The translations under genes were made by a program, and so were the position numbers. A DNA stretch of 36,561 bases from Eubacteriales bacterium. Its GTDB lineage: Bacteria; Bacillota; Clostridia; Oscillospirales; CAG-272. The notes under the pieces were generated by a model. It did no database searches, was not told the origin of the DNA, and saw nothing but the letters and a program-made list of their open reading frames with translations. Shown here piece after piece: positions 16,315-26,024 of the stretch (positions within the stretch are counted from its first letter, which is position 1; every line of letters starts with the position of its first letter). The stretch lies in assembly GCA_045657645.1 (NCBI GenBank), contig JAZOTL010000021.1:1-36561 (forward strand), given 5' to 3'.

Positions 16315-17688
16315 ATGGATTTTTCAGCAGCTAATACAAACCTATGGAGTCCTGTAGTACAATTAGGTATTATAGCGGGCTTGATACTACTTGCAAACGT
16401 CCTTCGCCGCAAGGTGAAATTTATCAGTACAAGCCTATTGCCTACCGCGGTATTGGCAGGCTTTATTCTGCTTATACTGCGCACCACCAACATTATCAAA
16501 ATAGACACCAACTTTCTTGAGGGAATAACCTACCACGCAATAGCCCTTGGCTTTATTGCATTATCACTGCGTGTTCCCGAAAAGCAGAGCGAGTCAAGTG
16601 CGGCTATGGGCAGCAAAAGCGGGGCATTGATTGTAAGCACCTATCTTGTGCAGGCAATAGTAGGCCTTGTAATATCCCTCGTCCTTGCTTACACCTTTAT
16701 GCCAAACCTTTTTAAGGCAAGCGGAATACTCCTTCCTATGGCATACGGCCAGGGCCCCGGACAAGCAAACAACGTAGGTACCACCTACGAAGCCCTTGGT
16801 ATGACAGGCGGTCGTTGCTTTGGTCTTTCACTTGCGGCAGCGGGTTATCTGTGTGCCTGCGCTGTTGGAGTTGTGTATCTTAACGTACTCAACCGTAAAG
16901 GTAAAATAAACAGAAAATGCGGAAAAAGCGAGGTTTCGGGTTCTGTAACTTTAGATGAATTTCAGGACACAAACGAAATTCCCGTTGCCGAGTCTATAGA
17001 TAAATTCAGCGTACAGGCGGCTCTTGTTTCCCTTCTTTACCTGCTCACTTATCTTTTAACGTTAGGCATAACTACCCTGATTGAAAAATTTGCACCCGGA
17101 CTTGCAAACACAGTTGCGCCGCTGCTTTGGGGATTTAACTTCATTTTAGGTTCCCTTTTGGCGGTAATATGCAGAAGCTTGTTCAAACACCTGCGCCGTT
17201 ATAAAATAATGAACCGCCAGTATCAGAACAACTATCTGCTCAGCCGCATTTCGGGCGTAGCATTTGACTTTATGATAGTTGCGGGTATTGCAAGCATTAA
17301 TATTGAGGACCTTGCAGGTTACCTTGTACCCTTTATCCTTATGGCGGTACTCGGCGGTATTGCCACACATTACTATATCTACTACGTGTGCAAAAAATTA
17401 TATCCCGATTATTTCTACGAAGCTTATTTCTCTATGTTTGGTATGCTTACAGGTACCATAAGCTCCGGCGTACTGCTCCTTCGCGAGGTAGACCCCGAAC
17501 TTAAGACCCCGGCTTCAAACAATCTTGTAACCGGCAGTTCTTTCGGCATCGTGTTCGGTATGCCTATGCTGCTGATAGTAAGCTTTGCACCTAAAGGTAC
17601 TCTGGCCATACTCATTTCCCTTGGTTTAATATTTGTTTATTTACTGGCGCTGCTCTTCATTATGTTTAAACCAACAAAAAAGAAATGA
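16315..17688 (+). CDS. Polytopic membrane transporter, sodium/glutamate symporter (GltS/ESS)-like
   Basis: 457 aa with about 10-12 TM helices. The layout and glycine-rich re-entrant-like segments (AYGQGPGQAN; FGMLTGTISSG) resemble GltS. The start lies 1 nt after the upstream stop, with GGAG 9 nt upstream. Confidence 0.5.
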   Translation: MDFSAANTNLWSPVVQLGIIAGLILLANVLRRKVKFISTSLLPTAVLAGFILLILRTTNIIKIDTNFLEGITYHAIALGFIALSLRVPEKQSESSAAMGSKSGALIVSTYLVQAIVGLVISLVLAYTFMPNLFKASGILLPMAYGQGPGQANNVGTTYEALGMTGGRCFGLSLAAAGYLCACAVGVVYLNVLNRKGKINRKCGKSEVSGSVTLDEFQDTNEIPVAESIDKFSVQAALVSLLYLLTYLLTLGITTLIEKFAPGLANTVAPLLWGFNFILGSLLAVICRSLFKHLRRYKIMNRQYQNNYLLSRISGVAFDFMIVAGIASINIEDLAGYLVPFILMAVLGGIATHYYIYYVCKKLYPDYFYEAYFSMFGMLTGTISSGVLLLREVDPELKTPASNNLVTGSSFGIVFGMPMLLIVSFAPKGTLAILISLGLIFVYLLALLFIMFKPTKKK

Positions 17689-17716
17689 TTTTCGCTGTTA
17701 AATAGTTTTAACTTTA

Positions 17717-17748
17717 AAAGCCTTCCTTTTCAGGAAGGCTTTTATATT
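17717..17748 (+). terminator. Rho-independent terminator of the 4-gene operon
   Basis: aaagccttcc (17717-17726) pairs with ggaaggcttt (17733-17742), followed by a T-run. It is the same hairpin family as 204-236. Confidence 0.75.
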
Positions 17749-17751
17749 TGT

Positions 17752-17855
17752 GCAAATAACATTACCACGCATCTAAAGAAACAGCTAAATTAAAATATAT
17801 AACGGTTATTGCCCCACCGCAAGGTGGTTGTGGCATACTTTTTTTGCAAAAAAAC
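17752..17855 (+). repeat. Mosaic intergenic repeat, copy D (M1-M3-M4, no M2)
   Basis: caaataacattaccacgcatctaaagaaacagctaaattaaaatatataacggttattg matches the RC of about 36356-36412 and the RC of 131-185. CCACC-GCAA-GGTGG lies at 17814-17827. ggcatactttttttgcaaaaaaa parallels the RC of 24-46. Confidence 0.7.
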
Positions 17856-17882
17856 AGGCACGCTTCTAAATGAAGCGTGCCT
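17846..17882 (-). terminator. Rho-independent terminator of the seven-gene ABC operon
   Basis: An 11-bp stem pairs aggcacgcttc (17856-17866) with gaagcgtgcct (17872-17882). On the minus strand it is followed by gTTTTTTT. Confidence 0.8.
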
Positions 17883-17901
17883 TAATTTTAATATTTGGTT
17901 A

Positions 17902-18939
17902 TTAACCTACGATACCCGAACGCTCGATACCCTGAACCATAAACTTCTGACAGAAGAGGTAGATGATTATAAGGGGAGCAATTATAAGCATTGCGCCTGC
18001 GTTACGTACAGCAGCCTCGAACATAGAGGGCGCTACAGAAACGTCAAGGGAGTTAGGCAATGTAATAATACTGGGCATAAGCTGTGTTTTTGTACCAACA
18101 AAGAACAGCTTGGTGTAGAAGTTATCAGTCCACTGCCATGAGAAGGAGAACAGGAATACTGTTATCATCATAGGAACTGACAGGGGAATGATTATCTTAA
18201 TGAAGGTCTCAAAGGGTCCGTAACCGTCAAGGTAAGCAGACTCTTCAAGCTCATCGGGAACGCCGCGGAAATACTGGCGCATCATAAACACATACAAACC
18301 GTTCTTAAAGCCAAGACCTGTGAGTGAGAGCAATGCCAAAGGCCAGAAGGTGTTAAGCATATTGGTTTTGGGAATGGGAATGATGTTAAACACATTCAAT
18401 ACTCCCAACCAGTCAAACTCTTTAAATCTCATAAACATTGAGAACTGTATGGTCTTATGAGGTACGATCATTGTAAGTATAACAAGCGCGAAGAATAATC
18501 CGGAGCCCTTAAACTTAAACTTTGCAAAGCCGTAACCGATAGTAGAGCATATAAAGGTCTGGAGAATACCGCAGCCTATTGAAAGGAGCAGGGTGTTAAA
18601 CAGTGCCGAGAAATATGCATTATCCTTGATAACAGCTTTATAGGTATCAAGGGTAGGATATCTGGGAACAAGCTTTACTGTTGCGTCTATAAAGTCCTTA
18701 CCACTCATAAATGATGAGGATATCTTTGTAAAGAAGGGCATCAGTATTACATATGAAATACCGAGAAGCAGGAGGAATCTTGCAAGCTTCCAGAGCATTT
18801 CTGCAGCGAAGCTTGTCTGGAGATACTTAAGTTTAAAGCGTGTACCTGCAGAGGTACGGTCAAACTCAACGCGTATCTTGTTTTTGGTCTCCTTAGTAAC
18901 CTTAGGAGCGGCATTAGGTGTGTTGTGTACGTTATCCAT
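17902..18939 (-). CDS. Carbohydrate ABC transporter permease (MalG-type), pair 2
   Basis: 345 aa with 6 TM helices and the EAA loop ESAYLDGYGPFETFIKIIIPLSVP. It has a long cytoplasmic N-terminal extension. Confidence 0.85.
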   Translation of the reverse strand: MDNVHNTPNAAPKVTKETKNKIRVEFDRTSAGTRFKLKYLQTSFAAEMLWKLARFLLLLGISYVILMPFFTKISSSFMSGKDFIDATVKLVPRYPTLDTYKAVIKDNAYFSALFNTLLLSIGCGILQTFICSTIGYGFAKFKFKGSGLFFALVILTMIVPHKTIQFSMFMRFKEFDWLGVLNVFNIIPIPKTNMLNTFWPLALLSLTGLGFKNGLYVFMMRQYFRGVPDELEESAYLDGYGPFETFIKIIIPLSVPMMITVFLFSFSWQWTDNFYTKLFFVGTKTQLMPSIITLPNSLDVSVAPSMFEAAVRNAGAMLIIAPLIIIYLFCQKFMVQGIERSGIVG

Positions 18940-18951
18940 TTTTACCCCTCC

Positions 18952-19917
18952 TTAATCTCTTCTCTGATAGAATATGTAAACCGAAAGAATACCTGATACA
19001 GCAGCTATTATTGCAATAACTATGAGGAAGTATATCCACGCCATTGCAGAGGAAAGCTCCTGTCCGCCCGCGCTGTTGTATACGCTTGAAATATAGCGCA
19101 TAACAGTATTGGTAGATGAGGTAAACGCATCGATTACCGTGTAGATGGCATTAACCAAAATCATAGGGCTTACCATAGGAATGGTTATCTTCCAGAAAGA
19201 CTCCCAGCCGGATGCACCGTCGATGTTACAGGACTCGTATATCGCAGGGGATATAGACTGAAGACCTGCAAGGAAGATAAGCATCTGAACGCCTGAACGG
19301 TTAATGATATCGTAAATGTTGTTCATTATGTTTACAACGTAGGTGGTAAGCTCTGTACCAACCTTCATTGAATTAAACATCCACTGTATATCGGTTGCAG
19401 CTACGATGCTGTTTACAGCATCGGAACCGCTACCGGTATCTATAGAAGACGTTGTATCCGACATATATGCGGAAAGTGAGTTGGAGGAGTCTATTTCTCC
19501 AATAAGACCGGTACACAGTATAACGGGAATAAAGAATATTGCACGGAATACTGCGCGGCCGAACATCTTTTGGTTAAGAAGCACCGCCATAAACAGCGAG
19601 AATATAACAATTGCAGGGATATCAAAGAGCAAGCTCTTGATACCTGTTACAAGTGTCTGGTTAAACTCGGGGTCTACGGTAAGAGCCTCAGTATAGTTTG
19701 CCAAACCAACGAATTTAAGTGCATATCCGCCCTCGGGATGAATACTTACGTCAGAAAAACTGAAGTGTATGGAGTTAACTATGATGGGGGCGTATATGAA
19801 GAAAAGACCGATTAAGAAGGGAAGAATAAATAACCAACCGCTTCTTGCCTTGCGGGCATCAAGTGATGCTATCTTTGCTCTGCTCTTTTTAGGAGCTGAT
19901 TTAACTGCATTATTCAC
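18952..19917 (-). CDS. Carbohydrate ABC transporter permease (MalF-type), pair 2
   Basis: 321 aa with the EAA loop ESCNIDGASGWESFWKITIPMVSP. A large extracytoplasmic loop lies between TM3 and TM4. Confidence 0.85.
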   Translation of the reverse strand: MNNAVKSAPKKSRAKIASLDARKARSGWLFILPFLIGLFFIYAPIIVNSIHFSFSDVSIHPEGGYALKFVGLANYTEALTVDPEFNQTLVTGIKSLLFDIPAIVIFSLFMAVLLNQKMFGRAVFRAIFFIPVILCTGLIGEIDSSNSLSAYMSDTTSSIDTGSGSDAVNSIVAATDIQWMFNSMKVGTELTTYVVNIMNNIYDIINRSGVQMLIFLAGLQSISPAIYESCNIDGASGWESFWKITIPMVSPMILVNAIYTVIDAFTSSTNTVMRYISSVYNSAGGQELSSAMAWIYFLIVIAIIAAVSGILSVYIFYQRRD

Positions 19918-19933
19918 TTTATTCTTCCTCCTT

Positions 19934-22900
19934 TCAGCCTATTCTTACGTAGTCAAGAGCTTCTATAGTATAACCCTCAACTGTTACATCATATCTGTTG
20001 TAGTTAAGTATAAACTGTGTACCGTTTTCATATGTTACGCGAACCAAGGTTCCGTCGGTAACAGCGTACTTAACGTTTACAGCAGCAATTGCCTCTTCTT
20101 CGGTAAGGCCTGCCTTTACATACTCGGCAACTGTCATCTTATCAGCTTCAAGCTCTGCTGCTTCAGCCACACGAACACCGGAAAGGAACTCGTGGTTTAC
20201 AATAGCGCTTGCGCGAAGATCCTTTGTTACCTCGTTAAGCTCGGTATATATTTCTACCAGGTCTTCAAACCAGATATCGTATTCAACCGAGTAGTATTTA
20301 GCAAGGTCCTTATCATCCTTAAGCAAAGGAGTGTTCTGGTATGAAAGTGTGAAGTAGAGATCGGAACCGTTCTCTATCATCTTAAGCTTTTCATATCCGC
20401 TGTCGCTTGCCATATTTGTAGGATCGCCTGCAAAATCAACAAATCCGTGAAGCACCAAGCCCATAAAGGGAACCGAGCGGTTTGCCTTTGTATAGTGGCT
20501 GGAGTCAAGGGGTGCGTTGAGGATAACGTCAGCATACTTCCAGGTGAAGGCGTTACCGCCGTCTACCATAACGCTGTCATAATCCTTATTTGCAGTTTCA
20601 AGCAGATTAGATACTACAGACTTACTATCCTCTCTGTCATAGAAATCATCGTCATCAAAGTCGGAATTAAGATCGGTACCCAAAGTAGAAAGGGAGATGC
20701 CGCTCTTACCAAGCTTTGTGAGATCCTCGGTCACCTTATCATAGAAACCGGGGAATGCAGCGGGAGATACGTTTACAAGACCTGTGGTCATTGACTGCTG
20801 ATAGGAGCTGTAGTAACGGCGCTGTGTGGTATATCTTTCGTCGATAGCCTTAGCAGCATCGTTCTTTGCCTTGTAGCCGTCAAAGGATTCGTCCTTTCCT
20901 ACGTAGGAAAGATCGAATTCAGGATAAAGGGTAATTCCCTTTTCCTTTGCGTATTTAACGAATTCGGTATAGCCCTTATCGCCGCCTACTGCCTTTTCAA
21001 AGCTTGCCTCGGTGGGAACACCGGGCTTCATACCGCCGTTAACAAAGCCTGTAAGGCGGAAGTTTACGTTGTTTATACCCTTTTCGTTAAGCTCACCACT
21101 CATAGTCTTCAAATCCTCGAAGGTGGTGAGAGCTTCGTATACTGTTACGGGAACGGAAAGGAAGGTACCGTCTGTTTCAACAGCACCGAAGGATTCGATA
21201 TAAAGAGGAATATCCTTTTCATTCTCTTCCTTTTGTACAAGAACTTCCTTTTCTATAAGGTAGTCACGGTAAGCCTTTGCCATACCCATATAGCTTACGG
21301 GGTAATACTCGGCAATGCCGTTTTCCTCAGCCTTTGCCTTATCGGTAAGCATTACTATACGCATACGGTAGCTACCGGTATACTTGTTATCAGCAAAGAT
21401 TGTAAGGTCTGTATCATCACCTACTGCAACTGCGTCCGAAAGGTTATAGGTATCGGATGCCTTGGGGCTGTATTCTGCGTATACAGAATTATATCTGTGC
21501 TGTGTACCGCCGCTTGCAGCGATGAGGGATGCCATAGAGTCACCCTCTTCAATAATAGCAAGGAAGCCTCTATCCATTGTTACGGGGGTATAGGATTCTG
21601 CTACTGTTTCTTCGTGAGCGGGGATAACGTTTCCTTCCTCGTCAACAGATTCGGGAATTAATTTTGTGGAAACTACGGCAGACTGACCGGCATAGTGTTC
21701 AACAACACCGTATACGGGCATTCTGAGAGTTTCGGTCTTAAGTGCACCGGAGGCTATTTCGTGATATGCATAGTCCTCACCGTACATCTTTCTCTTAATG
21801 TTAAGGGATGTACCCTTGAGCTGCTGGAAATCGAACAGCGCGCCGCTACCGTCGGGGTAGAAGCTGTAACCGCCGCCTGCCTGCTCGTTAGAGCCTGCAC
21901 CCAGATAAGGAAGCACCTTTACAGAGGTAAGGGTGTATTCGTCCTCATCATAACGGATGCTGTTTGCAGGAAGACGAATGGAAAGTCCGTTTTCGTCAAG
22001 GATATATTCCAGTGCCATCTTAAACAGCGGAGGAGCCTTCTTTACCGATGTGTAACCGGTCATAGAATGGTCTTCTTCAAGGGCTGCAAAGTTGTACTTG
22101 GGGCAGTGCTCCTTGATAATATCCTCAACCTCTCCGATAGATCTGTCGCTTTCATCAGAGCTTGTATCGAATACGTATATAGCCATCTTTTCAGCTATAG
22201 GATACTGCTGCTGATACTTTTCACGAACCGAATCCTGGAGCTTTTCGTCATTAAGGTCTATAAGGGTATAGTAGCTGGCAATCTTATTTGCCTGGAATCC
22301 GGAAGCGATATTGTTAAGTATCTGCTCCTCAAAGCGGGATTTTTCTATAAGCATAGGAACAAGGTATCTTGTTTCCTCTTCACCAATAGAATACTCTACT
22401 CTTATACCGTTTTTAAGGCCCTTAAATCTTATCTGTGATTTGATAGCTGCATCATAACAGCTGTTCATGCTCTTATCAGCGCCGGAGGAATCAACGTAAG
22501 TGATAAGAAGCTGGGAGATAAGCTGCTGCTTTATCTCTTCGGAGGAAGCGCTGGATGCAAGGTCATAGGGATTTGTGAAAAGCACCTCACCTGTTGCAAC
22601 GTTCTTTAACGCCACCTCGCCTGTGCCTGCACTGTAATAAAGCTGATAGCCGTAAGCTTCATACTTCATTTCCATATTTGCAAGCTTTTCCTCTATTGAA
22701 CCGTATACAGCGTCGGGTGCAAGGTAGTTTTTGAAGAAAATATCCTCAGGCTTTACCTTGCCGTCCTCTTCTTCGGAATCGGCATCTTCTGCGTTTTCCT
22801 CTGTATCGGTGATCTCTGCGTCATCTGTACCCACTGTAGTATCTACATCTTCTTCATCTGCAAATACCGCAAGGCTAAATGAACCTAAAACCATCATTAT

Positions 22901-22948
22901 GGCAAGGATCAGAGATAAAAATCTTTTTGTGATATTCAGTTTGTTCAT
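19934..22948 (-). CDS. Large secreted protein of unknown function (possibly the family databases label DUF5696; glycosidase-like by inference)
   Basis: 1004 aa. The signal peptide (...GSFSLAVFADEED) is followed by an acidic linker. I recognised no catalytic motif. The DUF5696 assignment is from memory of gene neighbourhoods and is unverified. Confidence 0.5.
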   Translation of the reverse strand: MNKLNITKRFLSLILAIMMVLGSFSLAVFADEEDVDTTVGTDDAEITDTEENAEDADSEEEDGKVKPEDIFFKNYLAPDAVYGSIEEKLANMEMKYEAYGYQLYYSAGTGEVALKNVATGEVLFTNPYDLASSASSEEIKQQLISQLLITYVDSSGADKSMNSCYDAAIKSQIRFKGLKNGIRVEYSIGEEETRYLVPMLIEKSRFEEQILNNIASGFQANKIASYYTLIDLNDEKLQDSVREKYQQQYPIAEKMAIYVFDTSSDESDRSIGEVEDIIKEHCPKYNFAALEEDHSMTGYTSVKKAPPLFKMALEYILDENGLSIRLPANSIRYDEDEYTLTSVKVLPYLGAGSNEQAGGGYSFYPDGSGALFDFQQLKGTSLNIKRKMYGEDYAYHEIASGALKTETLRMPVYGVVEHYAGQSAVVSTKLIPESVDEEGNVIPAHEETVAESYTPVTMDRGFLAIIEEGDSMASLIAASGGTQHRYNSVYAEYSPKASDTYNLSDAVAVGDDTDLTIFADNKYTGSYRMRIVMLTDKAKAEENGIAEYYPVSYMGMAKAYRDYLIEKEVLVQKEENEKDIPLYIESFGAVETDGTFLSVPVTVYEALTTFEDLKTMSGELNEKGINNVNFRLTGFVNGGMKPGVPTEASFEKAVGGDKGYTEFVKYAKEKGITLYPEFDLSYVGKDESFDGYKAKNDAAKAIDERYTTQRRYYSSYQQSMTTGLVNVSPAAFPGFYDKVTEDLTKLGKSGISLSTLGTDLNSDFDDDDFYDREDSKSVVSNLLETANKDYDSVMVDGGNAFTWKYADVILNAPLDSSHYTKANRSVPFMGLVLHGFVDFAGDPTNMASDSGYEKLKMIENGSDLYFTLSYQNTPLLKDDKDLAKYYSVEYDIWFEDLVEIYTELNEVTKDLRASAIVNHEFLSGVRVAEAAELEADKMTVAEYVKAGLTEEEAIAAVNVKYAVTDGTLVRVTYENGTQFILNYNRYDVTVEGYTIEALDYVRIG

Positions 22949-22969
22949 TTTATCTTACCTCCTTGCCTA

Positions 22970-25123
22970 CTACATTCTAAATGAAATTTCCGTTACTATA
23001 CTTGTAACAAATCCTACTATCTTCTGGAGAAGACCTGTAAAGAGAAGTCCTATGAACATTATAAATGCCACACCAACTATTGTTCCAAGACAAGTTACCA
23101 CGTTAACACCAAGGGAATAACCGTGTGTCACGAGCATTCCAAAGAATACCATTATAGCAACCCACGCCCAAGCAATGGTAACTAAGAGAGAAACAAGGCC
23201 GGCCTCGTTAAGAGAGAAAATGTGAGTAAGAAGAACGGAAGGTATTACAAGCAGGGGCAGGGGCGCAAGTGAATAGCCTACTGCTATATATACGTCCTTG
23301 TAGCTGCCTTCACCATCACAAAGAGTGGTAAGACACCAGTTAGCGGTAACCCAAAGGAATACCGGCATTACAATGGAAACTGCCTGTACAAATACAGAGC
23401 TTGTTATACCTGTGGGGTTAAACAGATAAGCCTGACCAACTGCCTGATATGTAAATGCAAGAGCTGCAAGTACAAGCCAGAAGGTAGCACCGCGTACCGA
23501 ACCACGTTTTTCGTGCTTCAGATCCCAGAAGCCGTCAAAGGGATGGCCGAACAGATGGAATGCATACAGCACTTCTTCCTTGAAGGAACGTCTGCCGCTC
23601 TTGAGGATAGCGCCGTCGTTTACCTTGTTTACCCATTTAAAGAACTTGGAAAGAACAAATACTATTGCGATAACCGCTACGGGAACAACAAGCACGTACT
23701 TTGATATCCATTCCTTACGGTATTCCTGGAACGCCTTGGAATATCCATCGGTATCATATGCATACTTGTAATACTCCATAGCATCCTCCCACTGACCGCT
23801 GCGGTAGTATGCGTTACCGATACCAACGTAAGCGGCGTCAAAGTTACCGTTTCTCTGGAGTATCTTTTCCCAGTCCTCAACTGCGGCGTCATAATTACGC
23901 TCGTTATCGTTATGGAGCGCATTTATAAGGATGTCGCCGTATTCGGTTCTCTCGTAAACTGTGATATTGGTAGATAAGCCCTTATCAAGAAGCAAGAGCT
24001 TTGAGCCCTGATACGTAAGAGCCTCTGCTGTTTCGATGTTACCAAGCATTTCGCCCTTATCACCGAAAACAAACAGCAATCTTCCGTATGCATCATAGGT
24101 GTATACCTTGGAACGCTTTTCATCAAGGATGGACCAGGTTCCCTCTTCACCCATAGCAACGTCGATTATCTTGGAAGCACCGGTGATAACGTTGTCGTCC
24201 TTGGAATCCCAGATTACAGAAACCTCACCGCCGGGGCCGAAGAAGCCGCTTCGTGCCATTACGTCATCACCTGAAGAGTTAAGCTTCTTTACAGGTGAGT
24301 GAGCACTGCTCTTGCCTTCAATTGCAGCCTGCTGGTCAGCTTCTGCAATGTTGGAGCTTGTAACGAATACAAAGCCCTCTTCGTCGATTGTAATATTGTT
24401 ATACTCTGTAGAAAGGTAGGAAGCAGTCTGTGCTCTCTGTTCAGCAGTCATAAACTGGAGCCAGATAAGCTCTGCAGCGTTTACAGAAACCTGCTGTGCA
24501 CCCAGATAACACTGGAAGCTTCCGTCTTCCTTAAGAACTATAACACCTTCGTATGTTGTAGAAGATACGATATACATATTGCCTATGCTGTCAACTGCAA
24601 GAGCAACAGGCTTATAGATAGAGTCGGAACGCATAATATCTGCGCTGGGCTCTTCAACTATGTGGTGGAAATTACCCAAACGGTCAAAAACAACGATACG
24701 GCTGTTCTCGGTATCTGCAACATAGATGAACTGCTCTGTTACATACATACCGCTGGGGCTTTCAAGAGAGTCCGGAACTCCCTGGTCATTGTAGAAGCTC
24801 ATACCGAACTCAAGCTTGAACTTGTAATACTTATCAAGCATTAAGATACGGTTGTTTCCACGGTCAACGATATAAACGTTTTCCTCTTTATCGGTAACCA
24901 TATCAGCGGGGTCGTTGAGTGTGTCAAGACCGCTGGGGGCTGCCGCAAGGTTCATATCTGCCGGTGTTACCTGCCTGTCCGGGGTATATCCATCGGGGGA
25001 ATCCACAGGGAAACCATCGATGGAATATGTGTAGGACTTATATGCTGCTGCATAGCTGGAAAATGAGCCCAGCAGCATAATAAAGCACATGAGGACAGTG
25101 ATAAATGAAATAAATCTCTTCAT
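22970..25123 (-). CDS. NHL-repeat beta-propeller / TPR / Yip1-domain membrane protein
   Basis: 717 aa. After the signal peptide come about 6 NHL-like blades (YIVDRGNNRILMLD; YVADTENSRIVVFDRLGNF; MYIVSS...GVIVL). These are followed by TPR-like helices (GIGNAYYRSGQWEDAMEYYKYAY), one TM helix, and a 5-TM Yip1-like C-terminus. Confidence 0.7.
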   Translation of the reverse strand: MKRFISFITVLMCFIMLLGSFSSYAAAYKSYTYSIDGFPVDSPDGYTPDRQVTPADMNLAAAPSGLDTLNDPADMVTDKEENVYIVDRGNNRILMLDKYYKFKLEFGMSFYNDQGVPDSLESPSGMYVTEQFIYVADTENSRIVVFDRLGNFHHIVEEPSADIMRSDSIYKPVALAVDSIGNMYIVSSTTYEGVIVLKEDGSFQCYLGAQQVSVNAAELIWLQFMTAEQRAQTASYLSTEYNNITIDEEGFVFVTSSNIAEADQQAAIEGKSSAHSPVKKLNSSGDDVMARSGFFGPGGEVSVIWDSKDDNVITGASKIIDVAMGEEGTWSILDEKRSKVYTYDAYGRLLFVFGDKGEMLGNIETAEALTYQGSKLLLLDKGLSTNITVYERTEYGDILINALHNDNERNYDAAVEDWEKILQRNGNFDAAYVGIGNAYYRSGQWEDAMEYYKYAYDTDGYSKAFQEYRKEWISKYVLVVPVAVIAIVFVLSKFFKWVNKVNDGAILKSGRRSFKEEVLYAFHLFGHPFDGFWDLKHEKRGSVRGATFWLVLAALAFTYQAVGQAYLFNPTGITSSVFVQAVSIVMPVFLWVTANWCLTTLCDGEGSYKDVYIAVGYSLAPLPLLVIPSVLLTHIFSLNEAGLVSLLVTIAWAWVAIMVFFGMLVTHGYSLGVNVVTCLGTIVGVAFIMFIGLLFTGLLQKIVGFVTSIVTEISFRM

Positions 25124-25141
25124 TATATATTACTAACCTCC

Positions 25142-26023
25142 TTAGTCCTTCATACCCGAAGAAGCCATTGTTTCAACGATCTGGCTCTGGTTAACAACGA
25201 ATACGATTATCGGTACGCTCATCATAAGCACGGAACCTGCTGTTGCCGCACCAACGCTTGTACCTGCCGCTGCTGTGATCTGTGCAACCGCAGAGTTAAA
25301 GGTTTTGAGCTGTTCACTCCATACGTATACGGAAGCACCTGCGTTCCATACCTGCTGGAATGTTGTAACTATAAGGGTAAGCCATGCGGGCTTTACCAGG
25401 GGCATCGCTATCTTCCAATATATATAAAGCTCCTTTGCGCCGTCGATACGCGCTGCCTCGATCATCTCATCGGAAATACCGTCATCGATAAAGTTCTTCA
25501 TAAGGTAAAGACCAAGGGTGGATGCCCATACGGGAAGAATTGAGATGGAGTAGGTGTTAAGCATACCTACCTTACAGTAGATGATGAAGTTATATGTACC
25601 TGTAATGGTAGAACCTATCATCAGGGAGTAAACTATAAGGTCGTTCATCCACTTGTAACCGGGCATACGGATCTTGGAAAGAGCGTATGCGGTCATGGAA
25701 CCGAAAAGCAGGGCACCAAAGGTAGATGCTACCGAGATATATACTGTATTGAAGATATATCTGGAGATAGGAACCCAGGTCTGGTTCATATTGGTGAACA
25801 GGTCGATATAGTTTTTGAAGGTGGGCTTCATTACGTAGAACTTAGGGGGTGTGATGGAAAGCTCACCAAGGGGTTTAAAGGATGTAATGAGTGCGTTGTA
25901 CATAGGAAGGAACATAAGCACGCCCAGGACAACCAGCATTACTGTAATAGCTGTATCGCCGCCAACGGAACGGTTAAGTACGACCTTATGTTTTCTGACA
26001 CGTAATCTTTTTTCTCTTGCCAT
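25142..26023 (-). CDS. Carbohydrate ABC transporter permease (MalG-type), pair 1
   Basis: 293 aa with the EAA loop EAARIDGAKELYIYWKIAMPLVKP. Its start lies 1 nt after the upstream stop. Confidence 0.88.
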   Translation of the reverse strand: MAREKRLRVRKHKVVLNRSVGGDTAITVMLVVLGVLMFLPMYNALITSFKPLGELSITPPKFYVMKPTFKNYIDLFTNMNQTWVPISRYIFNTVYISVASTFGALLFGSMTAYALSKIRMPGYKWMNDLIVYSLMIGSTITGTYNFIIYCKVGMLNTYSISILPVWASTLGLYLMKNFIDDGISDEMIEAARIDGAKELYIYWKIAMPLVKPAWLTLIVTTFQQVWNAGASVYVWSEQLKTFNSAVAQITAAAGTSVGAATAGSVLMMSVPIIVFVVNQSQIVETMASSGMKD

Positions 26024-26024
26024 A

